Shown: positions 1 to 8,899 of the stretch, one piece after another
Layout of the letters: each line of letters opens with the position of its first letter
Numbering within the stretch: the stretch's first letter is position 1
From: a virus
DNA: 64,000 nucleotides
Direction: 5' to 3' (one strand)
Virus record (IMG/VR): IMGVR_UViG_3300010149_005285
Coordinates: 7,308-71,307 of that record
Translations under genes and position numbers: made by a program
Notes under the pieces: generated by a model
What the model saw: only the letters and a program-made list of their open reading frames with translations
What the model was told of the DNA's origin: nothing
Database searches by the model: none

Positions 1-218
1 AAAAAAAAGAATTAGTAAATAAAATAGTAGCAGAAATGCGTAGTACAGGTAGTTGGCCAGGAGCTGGTTATTTAGAAAATGAAGGTGTTATTAAAAAGAA
101 GATCGAAGACATTTTTGCAGATGATGCATCATTAGAATTAAAAGAATTAATATCAAGAGCTGATTCCTCAGTTCTAAACGAAGTTTACAAAGAAATTATA
201 AAAGATACTAAAGCATGA
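1..218 (+). CDS. hypothetical protein, 5'-partial
   Basis: Frame of ORF 36..218 is open back to the window edge; stop overlaps the next ATG (ATGA). Confidence 0.6.
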   Translation, partial: KKELVNKIVAEMRSTGSWPGAGYLENEGVIKKKIEDIFADDASLELKELISRADSSVLNEVYKEIIKDTKA

Positions 219-664
219 CAATTGACAACGATAGTTACACAGTAACAGCCCCAGATTTAATGTTAACCGAACATGGAATTGGAATATTCATTTCTAGTAC
301 CAATGAAATATTGATTACAGAAATAAAAGAATTATTTGAAAAATATATTGCCACAAGTGTAGTATTTTTTGTTCAGAATAAAAAAACTACTTCATCTACT
401 TTACCGTGGGTATGGAATGTAACAAAAACATCAGACTTTATGATTGTTGATGTAGATACATGTGCATGGGAAGATATAATGGCAGCACTTTTAAAATCAA
501 AAGAAACTGAAAATACAGTTCTATTTTATAGTGATAAGTACAAGAGAAGAGAAACTGTAAAATTAATAAATGCTACAGGAACTAACTTAGTTGTACGGTC
601 AGTACAAGATATAAATAATTTTGTAAGGTTACAAATGAATCCAGAGTTTTTCGATGAAATCTAA
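215..664 (+). CDS. hypothetical protein
   Basis: 149 aa ORF coupled to both neighbours. Confidence 0.7.
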   Translation: MTIDNDSYTVTAPDLMLTEHGIGIFISSTNEILITEIKELFEKYIATSVVFFVQNKKTTSSTLPWVWNVTKTSDFMIVDVDTCAWEDIMAALLKSKETENTVLFYSDKYKRRETVKLINATGTNLVVRSVQDINNFVRLQMNPEFFDEI

Positions 665-1871
665 TTTACCACATTGTAATTTCTGTGGTAAAGATACATC
701 TCAGATAAGCAAACTATTAGCAGGTGAAAACAACATACACATATGTAATACATGTGTAGAGTTTTGTTATGGCATAGTAAAAAATGACAAAATTAAAGTT
801 GCAGACGCATTACAAAAATCTAAAAAAACAGTAGTGCCAACACCACGTGCAATACATAAATTTTTAAACGAACATGTTATTAGTCAAGATCATGCAAAGA
901 AAACTTTAAGTGTAGCAGTATATAATCATTATAAAAGAATTACATCTAAAACAAAAACTAAACTACAAAAGAGTAACGTATTGATTGCAGGGCCAACTGG
1001 TACAGGTAAAACATTAATGGCACAAACACTTGCTAAATTGTTGAATGTTCCAATGGTAGTAACTGATGCAACCACTATAACAGAAAGTGGATATGCTGGT
1101 GATGACTCAGAGGTTTTAATACATAAACTATTTCAAGCCGCTGATTACGATATAGAAAAAACTCAGCAAGGTATTATATATGTTGACGAGATAGATAAGA
1201 AAGCTAAACGTAATGACTATGTTAGTTTGAGTAGAGACGTTTCTGGAGAAGGTGTACAACAGAGCCTTTTAAAGCTCATGGAAGGTACAGTAGTAACGGT
1301 TCCGAACAAACCGCAACATAACCCGGAGAAAGTGGATATTGACACCAGTGAGATACTATTTGTAGTAGGTGGTGCCTTTGTTGGTCTACAAGATGTTGTG
1401 GTAAATCGCCTTGGTAAGTCGAAGATAGGATTTAACGACGGTTTAGACGCCTTTATAGATAATTGGGAAACACATTTACAAACACGTGATTTAGTAAAAT
1501 ATGGGCTTATACCTGAATTTGTGGGTAGATTACCGTCTGTAAACGTGCTAAACCCCCTAAATAAGCAAGATCTTGTAAAAATACTAACTGAACCCACAGA
1601 TAGTATAATAGAGCAAATAAAAGAGCTTTTTGAGCTTGACAAAATAAAAATAGAGTTTACAATAAAAGCATTAGAAGAAGTAGCAGATATAGCTATAAAA
1701 GAAGAGATAGGAGCAAGAGGGTTACGTAAGATACTTGATTCATCTTTACTTGAAATACAATATAAGCTACCAGAATTATATGACCAAGGGGTAAGAAAAA
1801 TTATTATTAATGAACAAGTTATTTCTAGAAACGCACAGCCACAATTTATTAAAGGTGAGAATGCAGAATAG
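654..1871 (+). CDS. clpX: ATP-dependent Clp protease ATPase subunit ClpX
   Basis: N-terminal C4 zinc finger (CNFCGK..ICNTC), Walker A GPTGTGKT, Walker B IIYVDEIDK, RDVSGEGVQQ, IGF loop, GARGLR. Confidence 0.97.
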   Translation: MKSNLPHCNFCGKDTSQISKLLAGENNIHICNTCVEFCYGIVKNDKIKVADALQKSKKTVVPTPRAIHKFLNEHVISQDHAKKTLSVAVYNHYKRITSKTKTKLQKSNVLIAGPTGTGKTLMAQTLAKLLNVPMVVTDATTITESGYAGDDSEVLIHKLFQAADYDIEKTQQGIIYVDEIDKKAKRNDYVSLSRDVSGEGVQQSLLKLMEGTVVTVPNKPQHNPEKVDIDTSEILFVVGGAFVGLQDVVVNRLGKSKIGFNDGLDAFIDNWETHLQTRDLVKYGLIPEFVGRLPSVNVLNPLNKQDLVKILTEPTDSIIEQIKELFELDKIKIEFTIKALEEVADIAIKEEIGARGLRKILDSSLLEIQYKLPELYDQGVRKIIINEQVISRNAQPQFIKGENAE

Positions 1872-2382
1872 AAATTTTAAAAAAAGAGACGATAGACCTT
1901 TTGTTATTGCTAATGAAAAGATACGTCATAAAGAAATTAGAGTATCTAAAGAAGACGGTGAAAGCCAGATCATGTTTACTGTAGATGCTTTAAGAGAAGC
2001 ACAAGGCTTGGATTTAGATCTAATTCTAATAGCGGATAAAGCAAATCCGCCTGTATGTAGAATTATGGATCTTAACAAGCATTTGTATTCTTTAAAACAA
2101 AAAGCAAAGCTGGCTAAGAAAAAGCAACGTGAAAGCGTTGTTGAGACCAAAGAAATACGTATGGGACTAAATATTGATACACACGATTTAGAAACCAAAG
2201 CTAAACAAGCTCGTAAGTTTTTGGATAAACACAATAAACTAATGGTTACAGTTATATTGCGAGGTAGAGAACGTGGCAAACAAGATATGGCAAAAGAGTT
2301 GCTAAATACGTTTGCTTATTTGTTAGGAGTAAAGTACGAACAAATAAGTTCACAAAATAATAGAGTAACCGGGAAAATATAA
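1861..2382 (+). CDS. infC: translation initiation factor IF-3
   Basis: NEKIR..EIRV, LDLILI..ANPPVCRIMD, KEIRM..ID.HD..K, RGRE; start placed at ATG 1861 after AAGGTGA. Confidence 0.95.
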   Translation: MQNRNFKKRDDRPFVIANEKIRHKEIRVSKEDGESQIMFTVDALREAQGLDLDLILIADKANPPVCRIMDLNKHLYSLKQKAKLAKKKQRESVVETKEIRMGLNIDTHDLETKAKQARKFLDKHNKLMVTVILRGRERGKQDMAKELLNTFAYLLGVKYEQISSQNNRVTGKI

Positions 2383-2389
2383 AAACATT

Positions 2390-2629
2390 ATGGGAAATAA
2401 TCATAGAGACAGAAAAGGCGGCAACGGTTTAACCGTAGAAGTGCGTAATAATAACGTTGAACAAGCAATTAGAAAACTTAAAAAAATGATTGCTAAAGAT
2501 GGAATTATGCAAGAAGTCCGTGAGCGTAGACACTTTGTAAGTAATACAGAAAAACGACTTAAAGCAGAAGCAGCAGGCCGTGCTAGACATCGTAGACGTA
2601 TTGCTAAAGATAAGTTTACTAACAACTAA
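2390..2629 (+). CDS. rpsU: 30S ribosomal protein bS21
   Basis: VEVRNNNVEQAIRKLKK..GIMQEVRERRHF, basic C-terminus. Confidence 0.92.
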   Translation: MGNNHRDRKGGNGLTVEVRNNNVEQAIRKLKKMIAKDGIMQEVRERRHFVSNTEKRLKAEAAGRARHRRRIAKDKFTNN

Positions 2630-2657
2630 TTTACAGAATTTGTCCACATAATGTGGA

Positions 2658-2663
2658 TAAATA
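2658..2663 (+). promoter_or_regulatory. T4-late-like promoter box (TAAATA)
   Basis: GATAAATA in intergenic space; same box recurs upstream of more than 15 genes in the window. Confidence 0.6.
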
Positions 2664-2667
2664 ATAA

Positions 2668-2753
2668 TGTATACAACAGGACTGATTCCTACCGTATACA
2701 TGGAATGCCGAAAGGGTTCCAAAAATCTTGCTTAACAAAGGAGAACAATTATG
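2668..2753 (+). ncRNA. ROSE-like RNA thermometer in hsp20 5' UTR
   Basis: Three hairpins; the last pairs UCUUGCUU (2726-2733) with SD AAGGAGA (2738-2744) leaving a bulged G; directly upstream of a small HSP. Confidence 0.75.
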
Positions 2754-3176
2754 ACAAGACTAACAACACTAAACCTTCCAGACTTTTATAAAGCTACTAT
2801 TGGCTTCGATAGAATGTTTGATGATATGCAGAATGCATTTACAACAAACGCAACAGGCGGTTATCCACCTTACAATATTGTAAAGGAAAGCGATACTAGC
2901 TACACTATCAGCCTAGCAGTTGCAGGGTTTGATAAGGAAGAACTAACAATAGAACAAGACGGTAACACATTATCAATTTCAGCAGAAAAGAAAGAAGCTG
3001 ATGATAAAGTTGAATACTTGCATAAAGGCATTGGAACTAGAAGCTTTAATAGAGAATTTAGTTTAGCTGATTATGTAGAAGTAACATCGTCTAAATTAGA
3101 TAATGGTATTCTAATCGTTACATTGGAACAAAATATTCCAGACGAAAAGAAACCAAGAACAATTAACATTGATTAA
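2751..3176 (+). CDS. small heat shock protein (Hsp20, IbpA-like)
   Basis: IGFDRMF, YPPYNI, LAVAGF, YLHKGI..R.F.R.F.L, NGIL, C-terminal I-x-I. Confidence 0.96.
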   Translation: MTRLTTLNLPDFYKATIGFDRMFDDMQNAFTTNATGGYPPYNIVKESDTSYTISLAVAGFDKEELTIEQDGNTLSISAEKKEADDKVEYLHKGIGTRSFNREFSLADYVEVTSSKLDNGILIVTLEQNIPDEKKPRTINID

Positions 3177-3188
3177 TAGGTAAAATAA

Positions 3189-3491
3189 ATGGCTCAAGTA
3201 TCACAAGAAGAAGTTGCAGAAATCACTAAATTAAGTTCACCACCAAAGTTTAATGTGATTATACTTAATGACGAAAGCACTCCTCAAGACTTTGTAGTTA
3301 ATATTTTACAAGTTATTTTTAACAAAACTATTGACGATGCACAGTCTGTGATGCTTGAAGTCCATGAAAAGGGCAGAGGAATTGCAGGAACATATAGTTA
3401 TGAGGTAGCTGAACAAAAATGTGTTGAGACTATCACTGACGCAAGACGCAATGGATTTCCATTAGACGTCACTTTAGAAAAGACAGAATAA
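3189..3491 (+). CDS. clpS: Clp protease adaptor ClpS
   Basis: PPKFNVIILNDESTP.DFV..IL..IF, MLEVHEKG.GIAG.Y..EVAE.K, FPL. Confidence 0.94.
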   Translation: MAQVSQEEVAEITKLSSPPKFNVIILNDESTPQDFVVNILQVIFNKTIDDAQSVMLEVHEKGRGIAGTYSYEVAEQKCVETITDARRNGFPLDVTLEKTE

Positions 3492-3499
3492 ATTAATAA

Positions 3500-4069
3500 A
3501 TGAAAATAGCAATCACGCAACGTGTGATTGACTTTCGAAACGGTCCATACGACAGCTTAGACCATGGGTTCTATGATATGTTTTCGGGACACAAATTACG
3601 ACCAATTCCAAATAACTTAGAACATTATCAAACTGATATTATAGTTAAAAGTGATTTAGTTGTGTTTACTGGTGGTAATAGTATGGTGCCTGGAAATTGG
3701 CAATATAATGAAAACCGTTTAAGAGTAGAGAAACACACGTTAGATCTAGCCAAACTTTATAATAAACCAATACTAGGTATTAGTCGAGGATGCCAATTCT
3801 TAAATGTAAGTTTTGGTGGAAAATTACGATTTAGTGATAGACATAAACAAGATCATAGTGTATATTATAAAGGAAGTGAAGTTATAGTTCACAGCCGTCA
3901 TGAAGAAATTCTAAGTACTATACCTGTTGGTGCAACATGTTTAGCAACTGATAAAGAAGGTTTTTGTGAGAGTTGGAAACTAGATAATATTATTACAGTA
4001 TTATGGCATCCAGAACGGATGAGAACACATTGGTTACCATATGAAGCATATGGAATATTAGGCTTATAA
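3500..4069 (+). CDS. class I glutamine amidotransferase / peptidase C26-like, Ser at the catalytic Cys position
   Basis: FTGG, KPILGISRGCQ, WHPE. Confidence 0.8.
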   Translation: MKIAITQRVIDFRNGPYDSLDHGFYDMFSGHKLRPIPNNLEHYQTDIIVKSDLVVFTGGNSMVPGNWQYNENRLRVEKHTLDLAKLYNKPILGISRGCQFLNVSFGGKLRFSDRHKQDHSVYYKGSEVIVHSRHEEILSTIPVGATCLATDKEGFCESWKLDNIITVLWHPERMRTHWLPYEAYGILGL

Positions 4070-4080
4070 GGATTAATGAT

Positions 4081-4497
4081 ATGAAAATAGGATTTACATG
4101 CAGTACTTTTGATTTACTCCATGCTGGACATATTGGCATGTTAAGAGAAGCAAAAGCACATTGCGATTATTTAATTGTAGGATTACAAAGCGATCCAACA
4201 TTAGACAGACCAGATACAAAAAACAAACCAATTCAAACAATGGTAGAACGTTATGCACAACTTAACGCATTAAAGTTAGTTGACGAAATTGTTCCTTACC
4301 AAACAGAACAGGATTTAATTGACATACTAGAGTTATTTCAATTAGATGTTAGATTCTTAGGTGAAGAATATAGAGAAAAAGAATTTACAGGAAAAGATAT
4401 ATGTCGCAAACGTGGCATTGATCTACATTTTAACAAACGAGACCATAGGTTTAGTACAACAGATTTAAGAAAAAGGGTATGTAACAATGAGAATTGA
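4081..4497 (+). CDS. cytidylyltransferase (TagD-like)
   Basis: FDLLHAGH (HxGH), LIVGL.SD, R...STT. Confidence 0.9.
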   Translation: MKIGFTCSTFDLLHAGHIGMLREAKAHCDYLIVGLQSDPTLDRPDTKNKPIQTMVERYAQLNALKLVDEIVPYQTEQDLIDILELFQLDVRFLGEEYREKEFTGKDICRKRGIDLHFNKRDHRFSTTDLRKRVCNNEN

Positions 4498-5611
4498 AAA
4501 CGAAGTAAAACTTGATTATAGTGATGTTCTTATTAGACCAAAACGTAGTACGTTACAAAGTCGTAAACAAGTAAGACTTGAACGTAAATTTGAATATAGG
4601 AATAGTAAGGAAACTTACGAAGGTATTCCTATTATGGCAAGTAACATGGATGGTGTTGGTACATTTGAAATGGCAGACAAACTTGCTGAAAATAATATCT
4701 TTACATGTCTAGTTAAAACATATACAGTAGATCAACTTGTAGAATACTTTAATAGTGATAATCCAAAACGTACAGAAAATGTTGCAATGAGTATTGGCAC
4801 AAGTGATGCTGACTTTTTAAAGTTAGTTGATGTACAATCAAAAGTTAAAAGTAATTTGAAATATGTATGTATGGATATTGCAAATGGTTACAGTGATCAC
4901 TTTGCGGCAAGAGTGCGTAAGGTACGTGATCAGTTTTCAAATATTGTAATTATAGCAGGTAACGTAGTTACTGGAGAAATGACAGAGGAGTTAATTTTAA
5001 GTGGAGCTGATATTGTTAAAGTGGGCATTGGTCCCGGGTCTGTTTGCACTACTAGGATTCAAACTGGTGTTGGATATCCGCAGTTATCGGCAGTTATCGA
5101 ATGTGCAGATGCCGCCCATGGACTTGGGGGTCACATTATTGCTGACGGCGGGTGTACTTGCCCTGGAGATGTCGCTAAGGCCTTTGCAGGTGGAGCAGAT
5201 TTTGTTATGCTTGGTGGCATGCTTGCTGGGCACGATCAAGGCGGCGGCAAAGTAATTACTAAATTTTATACAACAAATGAATTAGAATATGAAGTAGGCG
5301 AGCATTTAAATAATCGCAAACAAAAGATAGAAGAAAAACATTTTGTGCAATTCTACGGTATGAGTAGTGATGCGGCAAACACTAAACACTTTGGTGGACT
5401 AAAAGATTATCGTAGTAGTGAAGGACGTGAAGTACTTGTACCATATCGTGGTGAAGTTGCTAATACACTTCAGGATATACTAGGTGGGTTACGCAGTACA
5501 TGCACATATGCAGGTGCATTAAAGTTAAAACAACTTAGTAAGTGTACAACATTTGTAATGGTAAACAATCAATATAATCGTACATACGAAGGCACAACAA
5601 CAAAACTATAG
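4487..5611 (+). CDS. guaC: GMP reductase
   Basis: [58 protein letters not shown]. Confidence 0.96.
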   Translation: MRIENEVKLDYSDVLIRPKRSTLQSRKQVRLERKFEYRNSKETYEGIPIMASNMDGVGTFEMADKLAENNIFTCLVKTYTVDQLVEYFNSDNPKRTENVAMSIGTSDADFLKLVDVQSKVKSNLKYVCMDIANGYSDHFAARVRKVRDQFSNIVIIAGNVVTGEMTEELILSGADIVKVGIGPGSVCTTRIQTGVGYPQLSAVIECADAAHGLGGHIIADGGCTCPGDVAKAFAGGADFVMLGGMLAGHDQGGGKVITKFYTTNELEYEVGEHLNNRKQKIEEKHFVQFYGMSSDAANTKHFGGLKDYRSSEGREVLVPYRGEVANTLQDILGGLRSTCTYAGALKLKQLSKCTTFVMVNNQYNRTYEGTTTKL

Positions 5612-5701
5612 TACTGTAAAGGTATGCAACTAACGCAAATCGTATTTGCAAATAGTGCAATACTACTTACTTAATTTTTTTAACCTTCTTAGATAAATAG
5701 A

Positions 5702-5885
5702 GTTGTAATAAAAACGTTACAACAACAAAAGCGACCTCAGCTTAGAAAAAATGAGTGGCACTCGGGAAAGACCAGGGCATAACCCATGCCTTACAAGTTG
5801 GCGCAGTCGAAAGATAGGCGCTGTAGGTGGCAGCCTGGATAGACAGGCAAAAAAAATGGATGCTTTCCCAAAAACATCCACACAT
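5702..5885 (+). ncRNA. putative structured RNA / long 5' leader (unassigned family)
   Basis: GC-rich island after TAAATA (5694-5699); several hairpins; GGGAAAG (5764-5770) is complementary to loop CTTTCCC (5863-5869). Confidence 0.6.
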
Positions 5886-5902
5886 ATAACGGAGAATATA
5901 AA

Positions 5903-6100
5903 ATGACAAAACACTTTTTTAGTGCATGGTCATGGATATTTGGCGGCTCACCGCGAAGTGTGGCCTACGAAAAAAATCTAATGACTTTTGCCAAAACTGA
6001 ATACGGCAAAGACTGGCAATTTGCTTATAACTTTATGCTAGAAAACGATGGCAGAGCTCCATCATACAGAGAGAACAAAAACCTTAAAGGATGGATATAA
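5903..6100 (+). CDS. small hypothetical protein
   Basis: GGAGA SD, 65 aa. Confidence 0.75.
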   Translation: MTKHFFSAWSWIFGGSPRSVAYEKNLMTFAKTEYGKDWQFAYNFMLENDGRAPSYRENKNLKGWI

Positions 6101-6318
6101 TGTCAACATTAACAATTTATAGAACAACATGTAACATTTGTGACGCAATAGCAAATGTAACAAAAAGAGTATTCGCAAGAATGATAGAGATGGGTGAAAC
6201 AGCAGGAAGATCAAAAGCTGCTTCAGAACTTGCTCGTCAAGGATACTATAAAGAAGCACAAGCATTAATGATGGAAATTAAATCTTTACGTAAAGAAATA
6301 GAGGAAGAATCAAAATGA
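6100..6318 (+). CDS. small protein, N-terminus similar to the next gene
   Basis: MSTLT..TTCNICD resembles MTTLTATYCTICE; TAATG coupling places the start at 6100. Confidence 0.7.
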   Translation: MSTLTIYRTTCNICDAIANVTKRVFARMIEMGETAGRSKAASELARQGYYKEAQALMMEIKSLRKEIEEESK

Positions 6319-6530
6319 CAACATTAACAGCAACTTATTGTACTATCTGTGAAAAGGTAAATACTTTTTTCAAAGGGATCAAAGAAGCACATGATAAACG
6401 TCAATCACGTAGATCGACATACAAAGCATTAAGCTCTTTATCAGATGCTGAATTGAATGACATTGGAATCTGCCGTGGTGATATTAATCATATTGCTAAT
6501 GGTGGTGAAGTCTATAGAAGGACTTATTAA
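6315..6530 (+). CDS. DUF1127 (YjiS-like) small protein
   Basis: RRSTYKALSSLSDAELNDIGICRGDI. Confidence 0.88.
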   Translation: MTTLTATYCTICEKVNTFFKGIKEAHDKRQSRRSTYKALSSLSDAELNDIGICRGDINHIANGGEVYRRTY

Positions 6531-6593
6531 ATGTGGCCTTATACAGATGATGAATTGGATTTCATAAATGGTACAACCAAACACAAACTTTAA
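6531..6593 (+). CDS. putative 20-aa micropeptide MWPYTDDELDFINGTTKHKL
   Basis: ATG directly after the DUF1127 stop, AAGGA upstream; below ORF-track cutoff. Confidence 0.45.
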   Translation: MWPYTDDELDFINGTTKHKL

Positions 6594-6756
6594 TCTAAAC
6601 GTAAAAGATTTAGAAACAATCGAAACAGCATTACGTCTTTTACAGACCAATGCTAATGACACTGCTAAGAGCAGAGAAATTATTGACTTACTTGCAAGGC
6701 TATATCATCAAAAAGTATGGTATAGACCTGCAAGTGACACATATGTAGGTGGTTAA
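6568..6756 (+). CDS. hypothetical protein
   Basis: 62 aa ORF in the same operon. Confidence 0.7.
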   Translation: MVQPNTNFNLNVKDLETIETALRLLQTNANDTAKSREIIDLLARLYHQKVWYRPASDTYVGG

Positions 6757-6791
6757 TAATTTAGTATAGTTTTAACGGCATAAATAGTTGT

Positions 6792-7763
6792 ATGAGTAAA
6801 GTACATCTATTATCAAAAATTATAGAAGATCTCAAAGTTTCTCCTACACAGGAATCGAAACTAGAAATTCTACAACAATACAATAAAGAACTTATATTAA
6901 GAAGAATCATAAGTATTTCTTATAATCCATGGCTTGATTTAGGAATGCCTGACTTTAATCCAAAAAGAATGGGTAAAAAGTTTGGAATGGGAATTGCAAA
7001 ATTTACACACATCATAGATGATATTATACAAAAGAAGTATTCTGATAAAGAAAAGTATTTTTCGTGTAATATGGCAATGCAACATATTAATCAATATGAT
7101 GCTCCAATATTTGTAGAAGTAATTAGACAAACATTAGATTTAGGACTTGAAGTAGATACTATTAATAAAGTATGGCCAGGTCTTATAATGAGCTATCCAA
7201 TAAGCATGCCATCAACTAATGATTATAAAACATTTGATAAATTTCCAGCCGCGGTTCAACCTATTAGTAAAGGACTTAGAGTTAATATTATCATTGATGA
7301 GAATAAAGTAACATATAAGGACAAAGTAGGACAAGACATACTAGGTTGGGAAATATATGACGAACAGTTCTTAAATTTAGCTCAAGGTAATAGTACAGTT
7401 TATGATGGGCATGCAGTAGTAGCAAACGGTACTGAGATATCTGAAACAGATAATGAAAAAGTATTAGAAGCAGATCCAGAAAATATTAGATTTATATTAT
7501 GGGATGTAATACGTTATGATGGATTTATTGAAGGTAGAGATACACGTATGGGTTATAACTGGCGTTACAATGGACTAGAACACATGTGTATACTAGCTGT
7601 TGATAAAAACAAGCAACCTTGTTATAGTGTTTCTAAAGCTGAACTAGTTGGTTCTCTTGAACAGTTAGAACTTACAATTAGTAAACTTGGTAAATGTGTT
7701 ATTAAAAGTTTAGAAGGTACATGGAAACACGGTATAGATGATACTCAAATTATTTACGAGTAG
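6792..7763 (+). CDS. T4 gp30-like DNA ligase paralog, catalytically degenerate
   Basis: TINKVWPGLI, FPA.VQ, YDG, FILWD, but KxDGxR is replaced by ISKGLR and there is no OB domain. Confidence 0.7.
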   Translation: MSKVHLLSKIIEDLKVSPTQESKLEILQQYNKELILRRIISISYNPWLDLGMPDFNPKRMGKKFGMGIAKFTHIIDDIIQKKYSDKEKYFSCNMAMQHINQYDAPIFVEVIRQTLDLGLEVDTINKVWPGLIMSYPISMPSTNDYKTFDKFPAAVQPISKGLRVNIIIDENKVTYKDKVGQDILGWEIYDEQFLNLAQGNSTVYDGHAVVANGTEISETDNEKVLEADPENIRFILWDVIRYDGFIEGRDTRMGYNWRYNGLEHMCILAVDKNKQPCYSVSKAELVGSLEQLELTISKLGKCVIKSLEGTWKHGIDDTQIIYE

Positions 7764-8502
7764 TAATTTTTTTAATATAATGAGCACCTAAGTGATCATA
7801 TAAACTATCAAACAATTCAAATTTACTCCAAGCTCTAATTCTTCCTCTTAACTTATCTCCAAGTCTTTGTAACCAGCTCATATCATTTCTAATCTTATTA
7901 GCATATGACATATAGTACAGTTGTCCAATATGACTATAATATCCAAAAGGTGGAACTTGGCATACAATATCATTATTGTTAACAAAACGATATGCTTCTA
8001 TATCATCAAATTGTTTACCCCATTCTCTATTTCCTACTCTAGGGCAACCATATGTATATAATACTTGATCAGCACCTAATGCATGAAATCTACTAGTGCA
8101 TATAGTTGCCATTGCAGCTCCTAAACTATGCCCGGTAATTACAAGTCTTTTAGTTTTTACAGTTTTACCTAACCATTTAATTATATTAGGGTAAAGTTTA
8201 TCTAATTCACCTTTGAATCCAGAATGTACATGTCCAATTGTATCTGCATCTGCTGGCCATGCTTTAATATCAGCAACAATATCGCTGAATTGTGTTGGTT
8301 CTGTTCCTCTAAATGCAATTATAGTATAATCGTGCATTTTGATTCCATATGCTTGTGCATTATCTACTTCAAAGAATTTTAAATCTGTGTGTTTTAGTTT
8401 ACGTTCTTTAAGAAACTCTTTCATCTTTGCTTTATCTTCATATGCATATTCACATATAAAAGCACAAAGTTCTGCTAAGTTCCAATTTATATTATTTTTC
8501 AC
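7750..8502 (-). CDS. lipase class 3 family protein
   Basis: IAFRGTE, VHSGF, GHSLG, YTYG.PRVG, RFVNNNDIV..VP, DH. Confidence 0.92.
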   Translation of the reverse strand: MKNNINWNLAELCAFICEYAYEDKAKMKEFLKERKLKHTDLKFFEVDNAQAYGIKMHDYTIIAFRGTEPTQFSDIVADIKAWPADADTIGHVHSGFKGELDKLYPNIIKWLGKTVKTKRLVITGHSLGAAMATICTSRFHALGADQVLYTYGCPRVGNREWGKQFDDIEAYRFVNNNDIVCQVPPFGYYSHIGQLYYMSYANKIRNDMSWLQRLGDKLRGRIRAWSKFELFDSLYDHLGAHYIKKITTRK

Positions 8503-8803
8503 GAATCAATTTCTCCAGTCTATGTGTAGGTATACGAGTATTATATATGTATCTCCATACTTTTCCTCTACCATTATCTACCTCAAATATTGTTTCTCTA
8601 TAGCCTATGCTAATGATAGTAGCTTTTTCTCCATCAAGAAATACTTCATCTCCTGGCTCAAACCCTGGCTTCATTTTCCATCTAAGACTAGCTACTAAGT
8701 CACCTACAAGATCTTTTATCCAAAGAGCTACTATACCTGTAACAACTAGTCCTATTATAGGTTGTATAAATTGTTGAAAATGTAATACTTCTGATTCTAA
8801 CAT
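8492..8803 (-). CDS. MscS-like small membrane protein
   Basis: TM helix then FEPGDEVFLDGEKATIISIG.RET.F; start placed at ATG 8803. Confidence 0.65.
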   Translation of the reverse strand: MLESEVLHFQQFIQPIIGLVVTGIVALWIKDLVGDLVASLRWKMKPGFEPGDEVFLDGEKATIISIGYRETIFEVDNGRGKVWRYIYNTRIPTHRLEKLIREK

Positions 8804-8838
8804 ACTATAACTATTTATTAAAAAACAAGAAAAAATGC

Positions 8839-8867
8839 TTGACATAATTAAAAAAAACCCATATAAT
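8839..8867 (+). promoter_or_regulatory. sigma70-type promoter
   Basis: TTGACA-17-TATAAT. Confidence 0.8.
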
Positions 8868-8899
8868 CTAACATATTATTGACAACACAGGAGAAAATA

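Noticed and set aside
654-5611. Bacterial chromosomal origin of the clpX/infC/rpsU/guaC block
   Set aside because: Gene order is non-bacterial (no clpP, thrS or rpmI) and the block shares phage late boxes and composition with the rest of the window
5717-5914. Minus-strand 65-aa ORF
   Set aside because: Antisense to the structured leader; no SD
8339-8698. Plus-strand 119-aa ORF
   Set aside because: Antisense shadow of the lipase and MscS-like genes
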